A program made the translations under genes and the position numbers. Shown piece after piece: positions 9,544 to 19,075 of a stretch of DNA of 64,000 bases. This DNA comes from an uncultured Candidatus Saccharibacteria bacterium (GTDB taxonomy: Bacteria > Patescibacteriota > Minisyncoccia > Phycocordibacterales > UBA9973), in the NCBI GenBank assembly GCA_964398205.1, contig CAYNLU010000001.1:417-64416 (forward strand), in the 5' to 3' direction. The notes under the pieces were generated by a model. It did no database searches and was not told the DNA's origin. It saw only the letters and a program-made list of their open reading frames with translations. The first letter of the stretch is position 1, and every line of letters begins with the position of its first letter.

Positions 9544-10917
9544 ATGAATAAACCAACTTTAACTGTTTCGGGATATCGCGGGATTTGGGGCGAGAGTTTG
9601 ACTACCGATATTGCTCGCGAATATACTCGCGCTTTTATTAAATACTTGAAAGAATACGTAGGCTTAGAAAGACCGAAGGTTCTAGTAGCTATCGACGGAC
9701 GCGAAAGCGGTAAAGAAATTAAAGAGAATATTATCGAAGAATTTTTAAAATATGGCGTCGATGTAATCAACGGCGAATTACTCCCTACCCCGGTACTAAT
9801 CTGGAGTATTAGAAAATTCAGCTATGACGGCGGAATAATGATAACCGCAAGTCACAACCCTCGCGAATATAACGGACTGAAATTTATAAATAAAAATGCT
9901 TCTTTCTTAAATCAAACTGAGATAAATCAGATAAATTTATATAAAGAGAAAAATGATTTAGAAGTCGCGAGCGTACCCGGAACTTTACTAAATAAAGAGA
10001 TAGAAATTCCAAACTTTGTAGATACTTACGTAGATAATCTGATTGCAAACTTTGATAAAGAATTAATAAGTAGCAAAAGGTTCAAGGTAGTTGCCGATAT
10101 GATAAATGCTTCGGCTTGTGCTATCGATCCGGATTTATTCGCGGAGCTTGGTATCGAACTTGTACCGCTTAATAATATTCCTGACGGAGACTTTGGGCAT
10201 AAACCGGAGCCACTTGCCGAAAACCTAACAAATTTATCAGAATTCGTAAAAGATAATAATGCTGATATTGGTTTTGCTCATGATCCAGATGGAGATAGAC
10301 TAGTCGTCGTTGATGAGCATGGTGAAATAATTTTTGAAGAATATACTTTGGCACTTTGCATAGAAAGCGTTTTGAGTAAAGAAGAAAATCAAGGTCGCGA
10401 TATTGTCGTAAATTTATCAACTTCAAATACTAATCGAGATATTGCAGAGAAATACGGTGGTACAACTTACCTTTCTCCAGTTGGAGAACTAAATGTAGTA
10501 GAAGAAATGAAAAAAAGAAACGCAATTATCGGAGGTGAAGGTAGCGGAGGGGTTATCTACCCTAAGCTCAACTTTGCTCGAGACGGTTTCGTGGCGATAT
10601 TACTCATACTCGATATGCTCGCTCGTGAAAATAAAAAGCTAAGTGAAAAAGTAGCTGAATTACCTAAATACTTTATGCAAAAAATTAAAGGAGAAATCAA
10701 AGAGAACTTTCCTAATAGTCTAGAGCAATTTAAAGAAACTTTTAAAGACGGCAAAATAACTGATACTGACGGATTGCGGTACGATTTCCCAGATAAATCC
10801 TTTATTCATTTTAGACGTTCGAATACAGAGCCAATCTGGCGTTTACTTGCAGAAGCAAAAGACGAAAATAGACTAAAAGAGCTAATAAAACAAGCACAGG
10901 AAATATTAAATGCTTAA
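9544..10917 (+). CDS. phosphomannomutase/phosphoglucomutase (alpha-D-phosphohexomutase)
   Basis: ITASHNP, DPDGDR, GEGSGG, RRSNTEP. Confidence 0.93.
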   Translation: MNKPTLTVSGYRGIWGESLTTDIAREYTRAFIKYLKEYVGLERPKVLVAIDGRESGKEIKENIIEEFLKYGVDVINGELLPTPVLIWSIRKFSYDGGIMITASHNPREYNGLKFINKNASFLNQTEINQINLYKEKNDLEVASVPGTLLNKEIEIPNFVDTYVDNLIANFDKELISSKRFKVVADMINASACAIDPDLFAELGIELVPLNNIPDGDFGHKPEPLAENLTNLSEFVKDNNADIGFAHDPDGDRLVVVDEHGEIIFEEYTLALCIESVLSKEENQGRDIVVNLSTSNTNRDIAEKYGGTTYLSPVGELNVVEEMKKRNAIIGGEGSGGVIYPKLNFARDGFVAILLILDMLARENKKLSEKVAELPKYFMQKIKGEIKENFPNSLEQFKETFKDGKITDTDGLRYDFPDKSFIHFRRSNTEPIWRLLAEAKDENRLKELIKQAQEILNA

Positions 10918-10988
10918 AGTATGGATTCAAGGCTTTAAAATTGACTTTTTAACTAAATTAAGCTATTATTCTTAATAGCTAAAATACA

Positions 10989-11492
10989 TTGCGAGAAAGA
11001 ATAAACAACCAAATAAGGGCTAAAGAATTACGAGTTATAGATAATAACAATCAAAATCTCGGAGTTTTGACTTTAGCGGAAGCTTTAAGGATGGCAGAAA
11101 ATTCTGGTTTAGATTTAATTGAAATCTCACCAAATGCATTCCCTCCTGTCGCAAAGATAGCTGATTTTGGCAAACATCAATACGAAGCAAACAAAAAAGC
11201 TAAAAAGGCTAAAGCGAATGCTAGTACTACTGAAACTAAATCAATTCAAGTAAAAGTAGCTACTGGTGATCACGATTTAGAATTAAAAGCAAAAAATGCT
11301 TCAAAGTGGCTCAAAGAGGGTCATCGTATAAAGGTTGAGCTTTTCTTATCGGGAAGATCAAAATTTATGAAAGAAGATTTTTTGAAAGAAAGATTAGATA
11401 GGGTTTTACGTTTAATTACTGAAGAATATAAAATATCTCAACCTATCACGAAAGGTCCGAAAGGTTTCGTAACAACAATAGAAAAGAAATAA
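10989..11492 (+). CDS. infC: translation initiation factor IF-3
   Basis: RINNQIRAKELRVI, PPVAKI; TTG start; precedes rpmI-rplT. Confidence 0.96.
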   Translation: MRERINNQIRAKELRVIDNNNQNLGVLTLAEALRMAENSGLDLIEISPNAFPPVAKIADFGKHQYEANKKAKKAKANASTTETKSIQVKVATGDHDLELKAKNASKWLKEGHRIKVELFLSGRSKFMKEDFLKERLDRVLRLITEEYKISQPITKGPKGFVTTIEKK

Positions 11493-11518
11493 ATTAATAT
11501 TATTAATAAAAAGCAAAT

Positions 11519-11704
11519 ATGAAAACAAATAAATCATATACAAAAAGATTGAAATTGACGAAAAATGGTAAAGTTATCGCTCGCAAGCCTGGCTTTAATC
11601 ATTTTAATTCAAGACAAACTCGAACAAGTCAATTAGCAGGTCGTAAAGGTATCGCTCTTGTAATCAAGAACAAGCCTAAGAGTCACTTATTACCATTTAA
11701 TTAA
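11519..11704 (+). CDS. rpmI: 50S ribosomal protein L35
   Basis: MKTNKS..KR.K.TKNGK; synteny. Confidence 0.92.
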   Translation: MKTNKSYTKRLKLTKNGKVIARKPGFNHFNSRQTRTSQLAGRKGIALVIKNKPKSHLLPFN

Positions 11705-11713
11705 TAAAATAAA

Positions 11714-12058
11714 ATGACAAGAGTTAAGAAAGGAGTACATGCCTTAAAAAGAAGAAGAAGTACATTAAAGCAAACTAAAGGTATGCGTCACGGTCGTAGT
11801 ACCAAAGAAAGACAAGCAAAAGACGCTTTATTGCACGCTGGAGCTTATGCTTTCGCTCACCGTAGAGACAAAAAATCAGACAATCGTAAACTTTGGAATG
11901 TGAAGATTAATGCAGGTAGTAGAGAAGAAGGTTTATCATATTCAAAACTTATAAATTCTTTAAAGAAAAATAAGATTGAATTAGATAGAAAAATCTTAGC
12001 TTCCCTAGCAGAAAACAATCCTGAGACTTTCAAAAGAGTACTCGCTAAAGTTAAATAA
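11714..12058 (+). CDS. rplT: 50S ribosomal protein L20
   Basis: MTRVKKG, LDRKILA. Confidence 0.97.
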   Translation: MTRVKKGVHALKRRRSTLKQTKGMRHGRSTKERQAKDALLHAGAYAFAHRRDKKSDNRKLWNVKINAGSREEGLSYSKLINSLKKNKIELDRKILASLAENNPETFKRVLAKVK

Positions 12059-12090
12059 AATAAAATCCGCTAACAGCGGATTTTATTTTT
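12058..12090. terminator. bidirectional terminator
   Basis: aaaataaaatccgct/agcggattttatttt between convergent genes. Confidence 0.8.
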
Positions 12091-12680
12091 TATAATTTAA
12101 ATTCATCTATTTTTTCTTTATGAATCATAGAGAAAAGTGCATCCAATAACTTATTGGGATCATCGATCGAAACCACTTTCGCATCAGACTTATGACCCTT
12201 AGAAAGAATTTCTTTTAATTCTTCCCCGGTCTCCCAAGGGCCTTCATAAATTCCGATAGGCTTACCTTCTTCTAGAGCTGTAGTAAAGTTGTGAATAGTT
12301 CCAATACGTCCACAACCGCATATCAGAGCATCAGTAGAACGAACAAGCAAAATATCTCGGCCAGCATAACCGAAACCTGTATAAATAACTAAATCCATAT
12401 AATCAACAGGAAGTTTATAAACTTCTACATGTTCACGCTCACTCGCTGCTGGAGAAAAACCTATTACGAGCCCACCTTCTTCTTTAGCCCCCATAGCCAC
12501 CCACATCGAAAACCCAGTAGAAGCTCCGGTAACAAGCACAGCTCCCCTTTTTGCGATTTGGCGACCAAGTTCTTTTGCTTTATCTAGAGCATCAATACCA
12601 CAATGCCCAGTCTCAGCGGCGCCAGAAACACAAACTTTTACAACCTTATGACCATGTTTAATTAAATTATTTGGATTCAT
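12090..12680 (-). CDS. LOG/SLOG family protein (TIGR00725-like)
   Basis: ELGRQIAKRGAVLVTG, GAKEEGG, GRIGT. Confidence 0.8.
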   Translation of the reverse strand: MNPNNLIKHGHKVVKVCVSGAAETGHCGIDALDKAKELGRQIAKRGAVLVTGASTGFSMWVAMGAKEEGGLVIGFSPAASEREHVEVYKLPVDYMDLVIYTGFGYAGRDILLVRSTDALICGCGRIGTIHNFTTALEEGKPIGIYEGPWETGEELKEILSKGHKSDAKVVSIDDPNKLLDALFSMIHKEKIDEFKL

Positions 12681-12695
12681 ATATAAAAAATTATT

Positions 12696-14081
12696 TTATA
12701 AACTTAATGTTATTACTTCTCCTTGATCAGGAGCATAAGCATCAATACCTAGATTATCTTTTAATTTTTGTACCAAGAAAAGAGAACTTTTAGGTTCACC
12801 CATAACTACAAAAACCTTCTTCAATCTATCTTGACTATCTGATACGAAATTGACTAAGCCATCTGAATCCTTGTGACCCGAATATCCTGAAATCGTAACT
12901 ATATGCGCCCTAACTTCTACATATTCTCCTCCAATTCGAACAGTCTTAACTCCTTCTTGGATCATACGTCCTGGAGTGCCCGCAGACTGATAGCCTGTAA
13001 GCAATATAGTATTGTTTGGATCAGGCAAAAAATGACGCTCATGATAGACAATACGACCTCCAGAGGACATACCACTACCAGCTATGATGACTTTGGGATT
13101 TGGAGCATCGTTAATCTTACGAGATTCATCGGACTTTAGAGTTGAACGTAAGCCAGGAAAATCAAAAATATATTTATCATGAACCATCGCCTTTTTTGCA
13201 TCTTCATTTAAATATTCTTTATTTTGTTTAAAAATCTCAGTCAATTTTATTGCCAAAGGAGAATCGAAAAAAATAGGCATAAAAGGTATACGTTTATTTT
13301 CAACTAATTCATTGAGCTCAAATAATAATTCTTGAGAACGTTCGAGCGAAAAAGTAGGTATAATTAAAGTTCCCTTTCTTTTATAATTATCTTCGATAGC
13401 AGCTTCTAAGAATTTACGTCTTTCTTCGCGTAGTTCGTGATTACGGTCTCCGTATACAGATTCCATTATAATATAATCAATATCAGTGATCTTGTCTGTA
13501 TCTGGTAAAATTGGTGACGGACTGTTACCCAAATCTCCAGTAAATAAAATATTTTTACCATTAGAAGTAAATTTAATCATTGATGAACCTAAAATGTGAC
13601 CAGCATTCAAAAAAGTAAATTCTAAATCATTGGAGATTTTAGTTGTTTCATAATATTTAAATCCTTTCCAGAGACCCATAGCAGTTTTTAAGTTTTCAAC
13701 AGTATAAATTTTGTCTAAATTAAACTCTTCATTTTTAGATAAAATCATAGCAGTATCTTCCATCATAGGATAAGCTAAATCATGAGTAGGAAAAGTAGAA
13801 TAAATCTTACCACGAAAACCTTCTGAGATAAGTTTAGGGATTCGGCCGACGTGATCGATATGTGCGTGAGTTATAAAAAGTATATCAATCTCTTTCGGAT
13901 CATAAGGAAAAGGATCCCAATTAAGATCATCTGCGAGTTTTACACCTTGAGTCAATCCACAATCGATTAAAATTTTATTACCATCAATCTCAAAAAGAAA
14001 GTTCGCTCCGGTGACTGTACCCGTACCTCCAGCAAAAGTTATTTTAGCTATTTTTTTATTTTTATTTTCTACGATTTCCAT
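12696..14081 (-). CDS. MBL-fold beta-CASP ribonuclease
   Basis: THAHIDH, AGHILGS, MESVYGDR, SGH. Confidence 0.9.
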   Translation of the reverse strand: MEIVENKNKKIAKITFAGGTGTVTGANFLFEIDGNKILIDCGLTQGVKLADDLNWDPFPYDPKEIDILFITHAHIDHVGRIPKLISEGFRGKIYSTFPTHDLAYPMMEDTAMILSKNEEFNLDKIYTVENLKTAMGLWKGFKYYETTKISNDLEFTFLNAGHILGSSMIKFTSNGKNILFTGDLGNSPSPILPDTDKITDIDYIIMESVYGDRNHELREERRKFLEAAIEDNYKRKGTLIIPTFSLERSQELLFELNELVENKRIPFMPIFFDSPLAIKLTEIFKQNKEYLNEDAKKAMVHDKYIFDFPGLRSTLKSDESRKINDAPNPKVIIAGSGMSSGGRIVYHERHFLPDPNNTILLTGYQSAGTPGRMIQEGVKTVRIGGEYVEVRAHIVTISGYSGHKDSDGLVNFVSDSQDRLKKVFVVMGEPKSSLFLVQKLKDNLGIDAYAPDQGEVITLSL

Positions 14082-14088
14082 ATTTAAA

Positions 14089-14490
14089 TTATAAACTATC
14101 TTCTGTGCTTTTAATAATTCTTTTTAGTCCGAAATAACTAACTAATCCTCCTGTAGTGTCACAAATCAAATCAGAAATAGTATCACTTAGGTTAAAAGCA
14201 TCTTTCGCAAAAGAAGCGTTAACAACTATTTCATATAATTCCCAAATCAATCCTATAGAAAAAACTCCGATCATTATATAAACAAAGTATTTAGTTGGGA
14301 ATTTTGGGAAAACTTTATCATAAAAATACCAAAAGAAAAATAAACCAAGCCAAAATCCCCCCAAGAAATGCATAATCATATCAAAATAACTCAAAGAGGA
14401 ATACAAATATAATTTATTTGCAATAAAATTTAAAATAAATATAAAAATTATAAAAAATGCATTATAGGAAAATAAACTTTTACGATTCAT
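14089..14490 (-). CDS. small membrane protein (VanZ/DUF2238-like)
   Basis: 4 TM segments; DxxxHFxGG, WExxE, DTxxDL. Confidence 0.7.
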   Translation of the reverse strand: MNRKSLFSYNAFFIIFIFILNFIANKLYLYSSLSYFDMIMHFLGGFWLGLFFFWYFYDKVFPKFPTKYFVYIMIGVFSIGLIWELYEIVVNASFAKDAFNLSDTISDLICDTTGGLVSYFGLKRIIKSTEDSL

Positions 14491-14520
14491 ATAAATATTA
14501 TACCTTAAATTTTATATAAA

Positions 14521-14562
14521 AGAAAAATCCGCACCTCGCTTGCGCTTAGTACGGATACTTCT
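14521..14562 (-). terminator. terminator of the putative 6S RNA
   Basis: minus strand AGAAGTATCCGTAC..GTGCGGATTTTTCT followed by TTT. Confidence 0.6.
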
Positions 14563-14689
14563 TAGGGCTATCTTTCAATTATTACTGTAGCATTTATACT
14601 ACGTGGGTGATAGACGGATATATCCACGGATATATCTGATCGAATCTCCCATAATTTAGTGTTCTAAGTAATTATTAAAAATAACCCTA
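14563..14689 (-). ncRNA. ssrS: putative compact 6S RNA
   Basis: ~22-bp closing stem with G:U pairs, central bubble with a 3' hairpin, GAACAC..GGGAG and CACCCAC motifs, own promoter and terminator. Confidence 0.7.
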
Positions 14690-14694
14690 CTCAT

Positions 14695-14722
14695 ATTCTA
14701 ACTAATTTAGAACCCTATGCAA
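14695..14722 (-). promoter_or_regulatory. sigma70 promoter of the putative 6S RNA
   Basis: TTGCAT-16 nt-TAGAAT ending 6 nt before the stem. Confidence 0.6.
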
Positions 14723-14812
14723 GTGGATTACTAAAAAAACACATCTTTTACTTTGTTTCAAATGTGTTTCCTAAACAAAAATCCCTTTGACAAGGGATTT
14801 TTGGATATTTTT

Positions 14813-15334
14813 TTATTTTTTATGATGCTTTTTTGTTTGAGTAAACTTTTCATGCACAGTTTCATATTCAAAAAGTTCAGATTCTGAAAACCAGTGTGCT
14901 ACTTCTGCTTTTGCTTCCTCGCTATCACCAGAAGCGTGAATCAAATTTGGAATACCTACTTCTTCTTTATCAGCATAACCAAAACTCATATGAGAATAAT
15001 CACCACGAACAGTACCAGGCAAAGCTGACTTAGGCTCTGTAGTTCCTACCATTTTACGAACGAGTGATACAGCCTCGACACCTTCAAGCACCATAGCTAT
15101 CACAGGGCCACTAGCCATCATATCTAGTGTAATATCGAAGACCTTTTGACCTCTTCGTGAAATAACTTTTCCTATATTTTCATAATGATGAAAAAATTGA
15201 TTATAATCAGGCTTAAGCATTTTTGTTCCTACAATTTTTAACCCAGCTTTTTCAAATCTAGATAGAATTTCCCCTACAATCCCTCTTTGCACTGCATCTG
15301 GCTTAAATATAATAAGTGTTTTTTCTTGTGTCAT
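14813..15334 (-). CDS. ndk: nucleoside-diphosphate kinase
   Basis: IFKPDAVQRG, PGTVRGD, NLIHAS. Confidence 0.95.
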   Translation of the reverse strand: MTQEKTLIIFKPDAVQRGIVGEILSRFEKAGLKIVGTKMLKPDYNQFFHHYENIGKVISRRGQKVFDITLDMMASGPVIAMVLEGVEAVSLVRKMVGTTEPKSALPGTVRGDYSHMSFGYADKEEVGIPNLIHASGDSEEAKAEVAHWFSESELFEYETVHEKFTQTKKHHKK

Positions 15335-15404
15335 AATAATTCTTTTTTAATTAATAATAAATTACAATACAGCTATACTAGCAGATTTTCATAAAAATTC
15401 AAAA

Positions 15405-18167
15405 TTACATACTTTTATACCTCGCCATGATTTCTTCTTCCACTTCATCTCTATCTCTACCGTATCTTAGATACGAGAGTTCTTTCAAGCTATTTACTAT
15501 ATCTGTATTACCTTTTTCTGGAGCCAAAGTTTTAATATTAAATGGCTTAGTCGGCTGACCTTTGACCAGCATAGACATATAAGCATTATAATTATCGAGT
15601 TTAGTAATATCATTTGCCGAAAAAATTGGCTTAAACTTTGCTTCTAAGAAATTAGCATCCTCAGGTGAAACCCGAAATACAGCCATAGAACCTACGTTAC
15701 CGAAAACCGCATTCTTAATCTTTTCATCTAGTTGGGAAATATATTGATGAGCGACGTTTAATGATAAACGATACTTACGAGCCTCAGAAAGAATAGAAGA
15801 GATAGAATCCGTAGTGACATTTTGGAACTCGTCGATATAAAGATAAAAATCATTCATAGGCTTACCAAACATATCAACCCGAGAAAGAGCCGCCATTTGA
15901 ATTTTACCTACAAGAACGAGACCAATAAGGTTAGCATTAATATCCCCTAGTCTACCTTTTGATAAATTCACAAGTAGGATTTTCTTTTCATCCATAATTT
16001 TTCTAAAATTAAAAACTGATTCTTGTTGCAATACTACGGGACGCATAATATCGTTCGAAATAAAGTTGTCGAACTTAGAAGAAATATAAGGAACGAAGTT
16101 TGCTAGAGATTGATCTCCGCTGGTTTCTTCGGCAGATTTCCAGAATTGTTTAATGATAGGATTTTTACAACGAGCAAGTTTATAATCACGAAATTCTTTA
16201 TCAGCCAATACCCGAGTAATCTCGAGCAAAGTTGAACCGGATTCCGGATCTTCCATCACCAAGAAAGCGCTATTTCTAAAATATTGCTCAAACATAGCTC
16301 CTCCACCTATCTTCATATCAAATAGTTTATTAAAAATACCCATAAGTTCGTTCACAACGAAAGTCTTTTGCTCTGGATATTTAGGATCAAATTCGAGCAT
16401 ATTAAGCCCCATAGGTCGTAAAGTATAAGCAGGGTCAAAATAAATCACGTCATCAATACGCTCTTTTGGAATACGAGAAAGTATAGTTTGAATATCTGTA
16501 CCGTGAGGATCAATATAACAAACTCCATCTCCATTTCTAATATCCTGAGTAATCATATTAAGAAGTATGTTAGTTTTACCTGTACCAGTCTGACCGATAA
16601 CATAAAAGTGACGCATACGATCTTCGCGATTCATATGAATCATCATATCCCGACCTCTATAACTATTTACCCCTAATACAATACCTTCATTACCCATCTC
16701 AAGCGGTGCAGGTGCGATACCGGCTTTAGCTTCTTTAAGTTGAGCCATATTAGAAATACCGACTGGAAAATGGAAAATCGTTGCTAACTCTTTTAAATTA
16801 AGAGGCATAATCTTATCATGAGAAAAAATACGATAAGAAAAATCATGAAAAAGTCTCTTAAGGTGACTACCATTATATTTTTCAAAAATTATAGAATTAC
16901 TTGCAGGTTCTTCGAATTGATTAAAAACTGATTCCATCTCTGTTAAAATCGCATCAGCGCGCTCTTTAGTTTCAGCTGAAGTAATAATACGAATATTCGC
17001 TTTCATGATTGAGCTTTTTAACTTATTAGTTATTTTTTCTGTGGCATTCGTATCAACAGCTCGACGGCCTTTCATATATTTTTCTTTGTTTTCTGGCGCT
17101 TTATCATAAATACCAAAAAGCATTTCTTTACCTGCTTTTATAAAAGCTGAAGAAAATTTATAGAAATTATCATTTGCATTTTTAATAGACATACCGTCTT
17201 TAACATCGTCGAGAATCATATGAAATTCATTTATGAACTTATCGCCAGCTGGAGCAATCAGCATCTGAATAGCCGCGCCTTCACCTTCGGTTTTAAGTTT
17301 AGAAAATACATTCAAAATATTTTTCATCGGATCGTGATCTATATTTTCATAAGTCCGAATAGGCAAAACTGCTCTTTGAGCTAAATAAGCATAAGCTCCC
17401 GCAGAATGACCTTGTTCATTAAAAATATTAAAATCATCATCTACTGATTTAATTTTTGCGTCATTATAAAAAGCTAGAATTTGCTTTTCAAATAAAGTTA
17501 AATGCTTATTAGGGATACCTGCATAAATCACAACTTGGTCCGTCTTGCTATCAAGTGCTATTTCTAAAGTAAAATAATCTTCATTAATATTTCTTCTATC
17601 TAAAGATATAGATTGCATTCCGGCGTAAAATTGCTCCATAGCTCCTATGAAATCTTTGAAGCTTTTATTTTTATCAGCTTCATCTTTAGGTGCAGGTAGA
17701 GTAATTTCAAAGAGAGTCATGTGTAAAGATTTAAAAATAGCACTACCCTCTTTAAGGTCTCGAATAAGTTGACCGGTCTTTAAATATTGAACTAAAATCC
17801 GATGAAAATCATCATCAATATGAGGATTATTCATAGCTTCTACTATTTCTAAAGTATTTTTTATACCTTTAGTTAAAACAAAGCCGAGCAACTCCTCCAT
17901 AACAGTATCGTGCATTTCAGGTTTCAATTTTAATACGATAGCTTCGTTTTCTTTATTTGATAGTTGATTATCTTTATGAATTACGTCTTCGATAGAAGTA
18001 TTTTTATAAGACGAAATAGTATCTAAAACAGCATTCTCTGTAGCGTTCTCAAAATGACCGAGTTTTTGTAATTCTTGCTCTTTTTTTTCTACTTGAGCAC
18101 GCAAAAAATTTAACTCTTCTTCTGGAGTTTTAAATTTAGAAATATTGCTAAAGATATTTCCTTCCAT
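15405..18167 (-). CDS. VirD4/TrwB-like (DUF87) type IV coupling ATPase
   Basis: RHFYVIGQTGTGKT, IDPHG, YIDEFQN, EARKY, HQY. Confidence 0.88.
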   Translation of the reverse strand: MEGNIFSNISKFKTPEEELNFLRAQVEKKEQELQKLGHFENATENAVLDTISSYKNTSIEDVIHKDNQLSNKENEAIVLKLKPEMHDTVMEELLGFVLTKGIKNTLEIVEAMNNPHIDDDFHRILVQYLKTGQLIRDLKEGSAIFKSLHMTLFEITLPAPKDEADKNKSFKDFIGAMEQFYAGMQSISLDRRNINEDYFTLEIALDSKTDQVVIYAGIPNKHLTLFEKQILAFYNDAKIKSVDDDFNIFNEQGHSAGAYAYLAQRAVLPIRTYENIDHDPMKNILNVFSKLKTEGEGAAIQMLIAPAGDKFINEFHMILDDVKDGMSIKNANDNFYKFSSAFIKAGKEMLFGIYDKAPENKEKYMKGRRAVDTNATEKITNKLKSSIMKANIRIITSAETKERADAILTEMESVFNQFEEPASNSIIFEKYNGSHLKRLFHDFSYRIFSHDKIMPLNLKELATIFHFPVGISNMAQLKEAKAGIAPAPLEMGNEGIVLGVNSYRGRDMMIHMNREDRMRHFYVIGQTGTGKTNILLNMITQDIRNGDGVCYIDPHGTDIQTILSRIPKERIDDVIYFDPAYTLRPMGLNMLEFDPKYPEQKTFVVNELMGIFNKLFDMKIGGGAMFEQYFRNSAFLVMEDPESGSTLLEITRVLADKEFRDYKLARCKNPIIKQFWKSAEETSGDQSLANFVPYISSKFDNFISNDIMRPVVLQQESVFNFRKIMDEKKILLVNLSKGRLGDINANLIGLVLVGKIQMAALSRVDMFGKPMNDFYLYIDEFQNVTTDSISSILSEARKYRLSLNVAHQYISQLDEKIKNAVFGNVGSMAVFRVSPEDANFLEAKFKPIFSANDITKLDNYNAYMSMLVKGQPTKPFNIKTLAPEKGNTDIVNSLKELSYLRYGRDRDEVEEEIMARYKSM

Positions 18168-18192
18168 ATTTTAATTATAGCAAGAAAAAACA

Positions 18193-18294
18193 AAAAACAA
18201 AGATAATATTTAGAGGCTTGCGAGCGCGGCGGCGTGAGCACGAGGAATTTTTCAGTAGAAAAATATCCGTACTCTAAATATTATCTTTGTTTTT
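18193..18294. repeat. 23-bp perfect inverted repeat enclosing a 56-nt GC-rich insert; probable terminator of map
   Basis: aaaaacaaagataatatttagag / ctctaaatattatctttgttttt. Confidence 0.7.
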
Positions 18295-19075
18295 ATTTAG
18301 CTATGGTTAAAATCTCTCCACCATTTTTACCAACAGCAATAGTTAATTCGAAGTGAGCACTTTTTTTACCATCCCGAGTTTTAAAAGTCCAATTATCTCC
18401 TTTGTCTAAGAAAACATTTTTAGTACCGAGGTTAAGCATCGGTTCTAAAGCAAGCACCATACCTTCTACGAGTTTTTCTCCAGTATTTTTATCTCCAAAA
18501 TTAGGAACGAAAGGATCTTCGTGAATATATTTGCCTACTCCGTGACCCGAGAGAATATCTACAATACCGTAATTATGCTTTTGCTTGCGAACGAAGCTCT
18601 CTATTGCGTAGCCTATATCTCCTACTCTTTTACCTATTTTAGCAGCCTTAATTCCTATCATCAAAGCTTCCCGAGTAATTTCTAAAAGCTTTTTATCTTC
18701 TTTCGAAATTTTTCCTACAGCTACAGTTATCGCCATATCAGTAAAATAGCCTCGGTGATTAATCCCGCAATCCAAAGATACAATATCCCCTTCTTTTAGG
18801 ATACAATCTGCTTTAGGAATTCCGTGCACAACTTCATCATTCACTGAAATGCACAAAGTTGCAGGAAAAGGAGTTTTCGCACCGTAAGGTTTATAATTTT
18901 TAAAAGCTGGTTTATCTCCGTATTCACGAATTAATTTTTCAGCATATTCGTCTAATTCCAACGTAGAAATTCCTGGACGCACTAAAAGAGCTGTTTTATT
19001 TAAAACAGTAGCTAACCTCTTTCCGCATTCTCGAATAATCTCAATTTCTTCTTTTGTTTTGATAATTATAGACAT
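18293..19075 (-). CDS. map: methionine aminopeptidase type I
   Basis: SVNDEVVHGIP, GHGVG..IHEDP, EPM, SAHFE. Confidence 0.97.
   Translation of the reverse strand: MSIIIKTKEEIEIIRECGKRLATVLNKTALLVRPGISTLELDEYAEKLIREYGDKPAFKNYKPYGAKTPFPATLCISVNDEVVHGIPKADCILKEGDIVSLDCGINHRGYFTDMAITVAVGKISKEDKKLLEITREALMIGIKAAKIGKRVGDIGYAIESFVRKQKHNYGIVDILSGHGVGKYIHEDPFVPNFGDKNTGEKLVEGMVLALEPMLNLGTKNVFLDKGDNWTFKTRDGKKSAHFELTIAVGKNGGEILTIAK

Noticed and set aside
14563-14689. SRP (4.5S) RNA
   Set aside because: Lacks the CAGG-GNRA-AGCA domain IV motif; fits 6S better
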